A DNA stretch of 64,000 nt from an uncultured Actinomycetota bacterium (lineage in GTDB: Bacteria; Actinomycetota; Actinomycetes; Propionibacteriales; Nocardioidaceae), in NCBI GenBank assembly GCA_963806945.1, contig CAWDZH010000003.1:119958-183957 (forward strand), given 5' to 3'. Made by a program: the position numbers and the translations under genes. Shown here one piece after another: positions 57,140 through 64,000 of this stretch (position 1 is its first letter; each line of letters starts with the position of its first letter). The notes below the pieces were generated by a model. It was given only the letters and a program-made list of their open reading frames with translations. It had not been told where the DNA came from and ran no database searches.

Positions 57140-58817
57140 TCACGCCAGGCCGCGCACCTGCCCGTCGCCGTTGATCGACATCTGGGCACTGGCCGGCACC
57201 GTGGGCAGTCCGGGCATCGTCATCACGTCTCCGGTGACGAGCACCACGAACCCGGCGCCGGCGCTCAGCCGCACTTCCCGGACGTCGACCGTGTGCCCCT
57301 CGGGTGCCCCGCGCACCGAGGGGTCGGTGGAGAAGGAGTACTGCGTCTTGGCGAAGCACACCGGCAGGTGCCCGAACCCGTCGGCGACGACCAGGTCGAG
57401 CTGACGCCGGGCTCGGGCACTGAAGGTGACTCCCGTCGGCGCGGTAGATGCGACGCGCCACTGCGTTGGCCTTGTCGAGGATCTGGCCGGTGTCGGGGTA
57501 GCAGTAGGTGAACGCCACCTCGTCCTTGTCGAGCAGGTTCTGGACTGCCTCGGCCAGGTCGGCGGCCCCGGCGCCGCCGTCCACCGCGTGCGTGGTCTCC
57601 CACGCCTGGCAGTCGAGGGACTCCACGATCTCGCGGACCAGACCCACCTCGGCGTCGGTGTCGAGCGGGAACCGGTTGATCGCGACGATCGCCGGGACGC
57701 CGAACACGTCGCGCAGGTTCTCCAGGTGACGGCGCAGGTTGGCGGCTCCGCCCCGGATCGCCGGGAGGTTCTCCACCGTGAGCTCCGCCGCGGGCACGCC
57801 GCCGTGGAACTTCAACGCCCTGACCGAGACGACCACCACCGCCGCGTGGGGTCGAAGCCCGGACAGTCGGCACTTGAGGTCGAAGAACTTCTCCGCCCCC
57901 AGGTCCGCGCCGAACCCGGCTTCGGTCACCACCACGTCGTTGAGCTGGAGCGCAGTGCGGGTCGCCAGCACCGAGCTGCAGCCGTGGGCGATGTTGGCGA
58001 ACGGCCCGCCGTGCACGAAGGCGGGTGAGTGTTCGAGGGTCTGGACCAGGTTGGGCTGGAGCGCCTGCGCCAGCAGGATCGTCATCGCCTCCGGCGCCTG
58101 GAGGTCGGCCGCGGTCACCGGCGCTCTCGCCCGGCTGTGCGCCACCACGATCCGGCCGATCCGGTCCTTGAGGTCGGTCAGCGAGGTCGCCAGGCAGAAG
58201 ATCGCCATCAGCTCGCTGGCCACCACGATGTCCCAACCCTCCTCGCGTGGCACTCCGTTGGCCGTGCCCCCCAACCCCACGACGACGTCACGCAGGGCCC
58301 GGTCGTTCATGTCGATCACCCTCCGCCAGGTGATCGTCCGGGGATCGATGTCGAGGGAGTTGCCGTGGTGGAGGTGGTTGTCGATCAGTGCGGCCAGCAG
58401 GTTGTTGGCCGCGGCAATGGCGGCGAAGTCGCCGGTGAAGTGGAGGTTGATGTCGATCATCGGGACCACCTGGGCGTAGCCACCCCCGGCCGCGCCTCCC
58501 TTCAGTCCGAAGACCGGCCCCATGCTCGGCTCCCGGAGCGAGGCGGCTGCCCTCACCCCGATGCGTCGCAGGCCATCGGTGAGCCCGACCACGGTCGTGG
58601 TCTTGCCCTCGCCGGCCGGGGTCGGCGAGATGCCGGTCACGAGCACCAGCTTTCCCAGCGGGGCGTCCTCGAGGGTGGCCAGGAACGCGCGGTCCAGCTT
58701 GGCCATGTGCCGTCCGTACGGGACCAACGCCTCGTCCGGGACGCCGAGCCGCTCCGCCGCCACCCGGGCGATCGGCCACAGCTCGGCTTCCTCGGCGATC
58801 TCGGCGTCGCTCGGCAT
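57140..58817 (-). CDS. fhs: Formate-tetrahydrofolate ligase, +1 frameshift near 57431
   Basis: [37 protein letters not shown] and [10 protein letters not shown] motifs. The C-terminal 'AKTQYSFS...MTMPGLP' lies in a second frame. Confidence 0.93.
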
Positions 58818-58818
58818 G

Positions 58819-60124
58819 CTAGACGGCGGCATCGAGGCCGCGTGCCTTCAGCAGCTCGCGCTGGTTGGGGTTGACCGAGGGGCGGAAGGGCATCTCGACC
58901 ACCTCGGCCGGCACCGGTGTCCCCGGGACCTCGGCGTACTGGTCAGGCAGATGGACCCACAGCTGGGTGCCGAGGCTGCTCGCGGCGATCGGCACGTACC
59001 CCATGGCGATGTTGCTCTCGAGCTCGGGCGAGAACCACGGTGAGGTGACGTACCCGACCGCTTCGCCTTCCTCCGAGTCGCCGACCAGCCAGAAGTCGGG
59101 GGCGTAGTCGTCGATCGGCTTGCCTCCCAACCGCATGCCCACCAACGTGTGGGTGAAGGGTGGACTCCCTGCCTCGATCGCCTCCCGAGCGGCCTCCAGC
59201 GCCGCCTTCCCGACGTAGTCGGCCGCCTTGGAACGCGGCACCTGGTAGCCGAGGTTCACCTGGAAGGGGAACGTCTCGGCGTCCATGTCCTGTCCCCAGG
59301 AGAGGATGCCGGCGGCGATCCGGCGGTGGTGCGCGGGTGCGATGACCGCCAGCTGGTGCCGCTCGACCAGCTTCGAGCACGGCGTTCCACATCTTCTCCG
59401 CGTGCAGGGTGGCGTCGCGGAGGTAGATCTCGTAGCCCTTCTCGCCGGAGAAGCCGGTCTGGGACACGATCACGTCGCACCCGGCGATGGAGCCGGCGTG
59501 CAGTCCGTAGGGAGGCAGGTCCGCGATGTCGGGACCGAACAGGTCGTCCATCAGGGCCACCGACTTGGGTCCCTGGATCTGCACCGGGGACACGTCGATC
59601 TCGTTGATGTCCACGTCGAAGCGGCGGCCGACGTTGACTCCCTGGAGCCAGAACATCAGGTCTGAGTCGGAGAGACTGAACCAGTACTCGTCCTCGGCGA
59701 TGCGCAGCAGCACCGGGTCGTTGAGGACACCGCCGGCCTCGTTGCACAAGATCACGTAGCGAGCGCGCATCGGCGGGATCAGCGTCGCATCCCGGGTGAT
59801 GACGAAGTTGACGAACTCCGCCGCATCCGGGCCGATGACCTGGATCTGCCGCTCGACCGCGACATTCCACATCGTGACGTGGTTGACCAGGGACTCGTAC
59901 TCCGCCATCGCGCCGCCGTCCTCGGGACGCACGTAGCCGCGGGGGTGGTACATCCGGTTGTAGACCGACGCGCGCCAGCATCCCGCCTCGGCGGAGAGGT
60001 GCCAGTAGGGCGACTTGCGCACCCGCGTGTCGATCAGCATCTGCACCGGCGTCCAGCCGGACTGGCGCAGGTTCACGGGGACGCGTCGGTCCGACTGGTC
60101 GACCGACGGGATGTTCTGGCTCAT
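58819..60124 (-). CDS. Single-domain GcvT/aminomethyltransferase-family THF-dependent demethylase, +1 frameshift near 59365
   Basis: [16 protein letters not shown]...[18 protein letters not shown] and [12 protein letters not shown], then '[13 protein letters not shown]...[15 protein letters not shown]' in the next frame. Confidence 0.85.
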
Positions 60125-60213
60125 GGGTGGCTCCTGGTGGATGGACCCGCGGACGGGTCGACGGCGTCGAGGTGATGCGGTGGTGCGGTGCTGCGGTCGG
60201 ACGGGCGGCTGGG

Positions 60214-61122
60214 TCAGCGGGCGCCCCCTTCGTGGAGTCGGGCGATCAGTTCGAGCCGCCAGGCCTCGGTCTCGGCGACCTGGTTGAACGTGAAGACGTG
60301 CAGCCCGGCGATCACCGACTCGTCTCGGGCGAGCGTGGGCGCGAGCCGCCGCAGGAAGGACTCGGCATCGAAGCCTCGGGGTGCGGCGAGGCGCGCCATC
60401 GTCCGACGGTGCTTGACCAGGAACCGCGCCGACTCCCCGACACCGATCCTGGTTGCGACGCCGAGCAGCCGGGCGGGGTCCACCCGGCCCGGTACGCCCA
60501 GCCACAGTGGCAGCGAGACGCCACGTTGCCGCACCCGGGCCAGCCAGGTCTCGACGACCCGTGGGTCGAACGTCAGGTTGCTCACCATCTCGGTGGCGTG
60601 CCGACGCTTGTCCCACATCGCCTGGACGGTCAGGTCGTCGGGAATCGTGGGGTGCGACTCGGGATAGCCGGTGATGCCGACGTACGGGAAGGGCGAACCC
60701 AGGGCGGCCAGCCCCGTGAGCAACGCGACCGCGTCGGGGTACCCCCCCGCCTGCTGGGCATCACCGCTGGGGACGAAGATCCGGCTGATGCCGGCCTCCT
60801 GGAGGCGGGCGACGATCTCGGCGAGATGGGCGGCGTCGGCGACCATCCTGGCGGCCAGGTGCGGAACCGCCTCATAGCCCAGACCGGCGAGCTCGACCGA
60901 GAGGGCCAAGGTGGGCTCGAGGCCGCGATTCGGGGACGCGGTCACCGTCAGCATCCGCCCCCCTGGCACGTGAGCGGCGACCAGCTCGGCCGTCCCGGCC
61001 GTCGGCAGGACCTCGAAGCGCGGCCGCTCCAGCAGATCGACCAACCCCGCGGTCGCCGGACGGCGCGGCGGTACCGACCGCCGAGCGGCGCGCGGCGTAC
61101 CGCGGGGGGATCTGACCTTCAT
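60214..61122 (-). CDS. metF: Methylenetetrahydrofolate reductase (MetF-like)
   Basis: RFEVLP, VPHLAAR, GITGYPESHP, VSNLTFD and GLHVFTFNQ motifs. Start is uncertain (61122 or 61131). Confidence 0.82.
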   Translation of the reverse strand: MKVRSPRGTPRAARRSVPPRRPATAGLVDLLERPRFEVLPTAGTAELVAAHVPGGRMLTVTASPNRGLEPTLALSVELAGLGYEAVPHLAARMVADAAHLAEIVARLQEAGISRIFVPSGDAQQAGGYPDAVALLTGLAALGSPFPYVGITGYPESHPTIPDDLTVQAMWDKRRHATEMVSNLTFDPRVVETWLARVRQRGVSLPLWLGVPGRVDPARLLGVATRIGVGESARFLVKHRRTMARLAAPRGFDAESFLRRLAPTLARDESVIAGLHVFTFNQVAETEAWRLELIARLHEGGAR

Positions 61123-61158
61123 GTTGCGCATGGCGCAATCCGTTTCATGATGCGCATC
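61123..61158. promoter_or_regulatory. Tandem 17-bp operator, site C (upstream of metF)
   Basis: GTTGCGCATGGCGCAAT at 61123-61139 and GTTTCATGATGCGCATC at 61142-61158. Confidence 0.7.
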
Positions 61159-61308
61159 CTGGTGACGCCACCGTAGGCCCCGAACCGGGTTTCCGGTAGA
61201 GGCGCGGCGCAGGAAAGTCGTGGCACCTGCGGAGGGCGCTCTCGGCCTCGGGGACGCAGCGTGGGAATCGGGTTGCCGCCCACCCCCCGGGGATCCTTGA
61301 ATGAGCCC

Positions 61309-62109
61309 ATGGACGAGCTGGCTTTCGACCGATCCGGACCCGCCGGCGACGTCCCGGTGCTGCTGCTGCATGCCGGGGTCGCGGACCGCAGGATGTGGGA
61401 TCCGGTGCTCGACCGGCTCCGGGAGCGACGTGACGTGCTCCGGGTCGATCTGCGCGGCTTCGGGGCCTCCACGGGGCGGCCGGACGGAGAGCTGGCGCCG
61501 CACCAGGACGTCCTCGACGTGCTGACGCGCGTCGACGTCGAGCACGCCCACGTCGTGGGTGCCTCCTTCGGGGCGGGAGTCGCCGTCGAGGTGGCCCTGA
61601 CCGATCCCGGGCGGGTCTCCTCCCTGCTCCTGGTGGCGCCCGGCGGCTCGCTGATCCCGGAGATGACGCCGCAGCTGCGGGCCTTCGTGGACGCTGAGAA
61701 CCTCGCCCTGGCGGCAGGCGACCTCGACGCCGCGGTCGAGGCGAACCTGGCCACGTGGGTGGACGGGCCCGGTCAGGGGGCGGGCCGGGTCGCGCCCGAG
61801 GTGCGTGCCCGGGTGGGGACGATGCAGCGGCTGGCCTTCGAGCTGACCGCGGACTGGGACGACGTCGAGGAGTTCGAGCTCGAGCCGCCGGCGCTCGACC
61901 GGCTCGGCGAGATCGACGTGCGGACGCTGGTGCTGAGCGGCGCTCTCGACCTCGACGCCATCGACCGGGCCGCGACGGCCGTCCTCTCCGGGGTCACCGG
62001 CTCCCGTCAGGTGGTCTGGCCCGACGCGGCCCACCTGCCGTCCCTGGAGCACCCCGACGCGTTCGCGACCCTGCTGCTGGACTGGATCGCGGAGGCCGAG
62101 GCCGAGTAG
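61309..62109 (+). CDS. Alpha/beta hydrolase
   Basis: LLHAG, DLRGFG.S, nucleophile elbow GASFG, and AAHLPSLE.P. Confidence 0.9.
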   Translation: MDELAFDRSGPAGDVPVLLLHAGVADRRMWDPVLDRLRERRDVLRVDLRGFGASTGRPDGELAPHQDVLDVLTRVDVEHAHVVGASFGAGVAVEVALTDPGRVSSLLLVAPGGSLIPEMTPQLRAFVDAENLALAAGDLDAAVEANLATWVDGPGQGAGRVAPEVRARVGTMQRLAFELTADWDDVEEFELEPPALDRLGEIDVRTLVLSGALDLDAIDRAATAVLSGVTGSRQVVWPDAAHLPSLEHPDAFATLLLDWIAEAEAE

Positions 62110-62142
62110 CCGGACCTTTCACCGCCACGTGGACTCCGGCGG

Positions 62143-62158
62143 AGTGGCCTGCTTCACA
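62143..62158. promoter_or_regulatory. Possible CRP/GlxR site upstream of the second sdh operon
   Basis: AGTGG-N6-TCACA, two mismatches to TGTGA-N6-TCACA. Confidence 0.3.
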
Positions 62159-62222
62159 TGTGGCTCCCGGCAGGCAAGACTGCAACCCGTCGTACGGCGG
62201 GTATCTGATTCGAGAGGCACAC

Positions 62223-63008
62223 ATGACGACTGGAGTGACCGGCCCCGGCCGGGCCAGCATCGAGGAGCGGACGCTGCGAAGCGACCGGTGGTGGCTCGCC
62301 CCGCTGGCGACTTTCGTGGTGTTCTTCGCGTTCATCGTCTACGCCACGGTGCGGGCGTTCATGGGACGCGACTACTACGCCTCGCCCTACCTCTCGCCGT
62401 TCTACTCACCGTGCCTGGGCGACTGCGTGGAGGGGGCCAGCGACTTCGGTCAGCCGTTCGCAGCGTTCCCCTTCTCCGCGGCCCTGATCATCCTGGTGTT
62501 CCCGCTCGGGTTCCGGATGACCTGCTACTACTACCGCAAGGCCTACTACCGGGCGTTCTGGCTCAGCCCGCCGGCGTGCGGCGTCGCCGAGCCCCACAAG
62601 GCGTACTCCGGCGAGACCCGGTTCCCGCTGATCTTCCAGAACGCACACCGCTGGTTCTGGTACGCCGCGGTCGTGGTCGGCCTGGTGCTGAGCTTCGACG
62701 TGGTGCTGGCGTTCCGCAACGAGCAGCACGAGTGGGGGCACATGGGCCTCGGCACGCTGCTGATGCTCATCAACGTCGTCCTGATCTGGCTCTACACGCT
62801 GTCGTGCCACTCCTGCCGCCATGTCGTCGGTGGCCGGCTGCGCCACTTCTCCAAGCACCCGGTCCGCTACCGGATGTGGACCTGGGTCTCGACGCTCAAC
62901 CAGCACCACGCCCGCTACGCGTGGTACTCCCTGTTCTCGGTGGCGCTGGTCGACCTCTACATCTACCTGCTCGCCACCAACGTGATCGAGGACGTGAAAT
63001 TCTTCTGA
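62223..63008 (+). CDS. Membrane anchor subunit of Sdh1-type succinate dehydrogenase (Rv0249c-like)
   Basis: TLR.DRWW, YLSPFYSPC, FRMTCYYYRKAYYR.FW.SPPAC, and YTLSCHSCRH..GG motifs. Confidence 0.88.
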   Translation: MTTGVTGPGRASIEERTLRSDRWWLAPLATFVVFFAFIVYATVRAFMGRDYYASPYLSPFYSPCLGDCVEGASDFGQPFAAFPFSAALIILVFPLGFRMTCYYYRKAYYRAFWLSPPACGVAEPHKAYSGETRFPLIFQNAHRWFWYAAVVVGLVLSFDVVLAFRNEQHEWGHMGLGTLLMLINVVLIWLYTLSCHSCRHVVGGRLRHFSKHPVRYRMWTWVSTLNQHHARYAWYSLFSVALVDLYIYLLATNVIEDVKFF

Positions 63009-63012
63009 ACCA

Positions 63013-63074
63013 CCCCACGACGTTGATCGCTCCTCCCGCTCCGCTCCTCCCGCTCACAACGCCGCGGGGACCCC
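63013..63074. repeat. Intergenic hairpin element with an internal tandem repeat
   Basis: Arms CCCCACGACGTTG / CAACGCCGCGGGG(ACCCC) enclose CGCTCCTCCCGCTC twice (63028-63055). Confidence 0.55.
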
Positions 63075-63086
63075 GGAAGGCCTCAC

Positions 63087-64000
63087 ATGACTGAATCCCC
63101 GAACAGACACCCCATGACCGGCAACGAGATGTCCGGCGACGCGCCCTCCGGCGCGGAACACCACTCCTACGACGTGGTCGTGATCGGCGCGGGTGGCGCC
63201 GGGCTGCGGGCGGCGATCGCGGCGCACGGGGCGGGCGCCCGGACCGCGATCGTCTGCAAGTCGCTGCTGGGCAAGGCCCACACGGTGATGGCCGAGGGCG
63301 GGGCCGCCGCCGCGCTCGGCAACCGCTGGCCCGAGGACAACTGGCAGGTCCACTTCCGCGACACCATGCGCGGCGGGAAGATGCTCAACAACTGGCGGAT
63401 GGCCCAGCTCCACGCCCAGGAGGCGCCCGAGCGGGTGCTCGAGCTCGAGGACTGGGGGGCGCTGTTCGACCGCACCGAGGACGGCCTCATCAGCCAGCGG
63501 GACTTCGGCGGCCACAAGTACGCCCGGCTCGCCCACGTCGGCGACCGCACCGGCCTGGAGCTGATCCGCACACTCCAGCAGCGGGCGGTCCAGCTCGGCA
63601 TCGACGTCTACATGGAGTGCACGGTCACCGAGATCCTCAAGGCGGGGGACGCCGTCGCCGGCGCCGTGGCCTACTGGCGCGAGACGGGCCGCTTCATCAC
63701 CTTCGAGGCGCCCAGCGTGATCCTGGCGACCGGCGGCATCGGCAAGTCCTACAAGGTCACCTCGAACTCGTGGGAGTACACCGGGGACGGCCACGCGCTC
63801 GCGCTGCGGGCCGGTGCCGCGCTGATCAACATGGAGTTCGTCCAGTTCCACCCGACCGGCATGGTGTGGCCACCGTCGGTGAAGGGGCTGCTGGTCACCG
63901 AATCGGTGCGCGGCGACGGCGGCATCCTGAAGAACTCCGAGGGCAAGCGGTTCATGTTCGACTACATCCCCGAGTTCTTCAAGGCGGAGACGGCCGACTC
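63087..64000 (+). CDS. sdhA: Sdh1-type succinate dehydrogenase flavoprotein (Rv0248c-like), runs off the right edge
   Basis: Own translation: YDVVVIGAGGAGLRAA, KSLLGKAHTVMAEGG, QRDFGGH, ILATGG.G, MEFVQFHPTG, LVTESVRGDGG. Not in the ORF track. Confidence 0.93.
   Translation, partial: MTESPNRHPMTGNEMSGDAPSGAEHHSYDVVVIGAGGAGLRAAIAAHGAGARTAIVCKSLLGKAHTVMAEGGAAAALGNRWPEDNWQVHFRDTMRGGKMLNNWRMAQLHAQEAPERVLELEDWGALFDRTEDGLISQRDFGGHKYARLAHVGDRTGLELIRTLQQRAVQLGIDVYMECTVTEILKAGDAVAGAVAYWRETGRFITFEAPSVILATGGIGKSYKVTSNSWEYTGDGHALALRAGAALINMEFVQFHPTGMVWPPSVKGLLVTESVRGDGGILKNSEGKRFMFDYIPEFFKAETAD

Noticed and set aside
56880-58832. Apparent Fhs-IclR HTH fusion (650-aa ORF)
   Set aside because: It results from the frameshift near 57431 reading through the intergenic operator into iclR, which has its own promoter and start.
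55540-59370. Programmed ribosomal frameshifting in the C1 genes
   Set aside because: No slippery heptamers or shared context occur at the break points. The pattern fits sequencing insertions.
61160-61308. Possible riboswitch (SAM, THF or lysine type) near metF
   Set aside because: Only short GC-rich stems are present, with no recognisable aptamer signature on either strand.

Overview
High-GC actinobacterial chromosome segment, most consistent with Nocardioides/Nocardioidaceae (inferred from gene content and order). The conserved backbone runs glpD, aldehyde dehydrogenase, choD, guaA, a PspC two-component module, pcrA, an M23 peptidase, a B12-binding subunit, sucCD, perM, purN, a ZTP riboswitch, purH, folD, mdh, icd, trpS and sdhCAB. 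It is followed by a folate/C1 demethylation cluster (metF, gcvT-like, fhs, iclR, a dimethylglycine dehydrogenase-like gene, etfBA) and the start of a second succinate dehydrogenase operon. The most unusual features are three stand-alone nuclease-like genes in intergenic gaps. (i) A GIY-YIG gene sits in a mosaic of 45-nt hairpin repeats. (ii) An AbiEi/DUF559-like gene is bracketed by two inverted 63-bp palindromic units. (iii) A DUF222/HNH gene has a perfect LexA box in its promoter. The first two look like REP/REPIN-type repeat-plus-nuclease modules with no RAYT or transposase. Other observations: a 6C-like three-hairpin sRNA behind a BldN-type ECF promoter, an unannotated 24-aa membrane peptide, a membrane-tethered ECF-sigma-like fusion, and a tandem 17-bp operator found at three promoters of the C1 cluster. 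Seven genes or gene positions carry an apparent single extra base, most likely sequencing error. No CRISPR array, tRNA, rRNA or classical transposase was recognised. All family calls come from reading motifs by eye, not from database searches.
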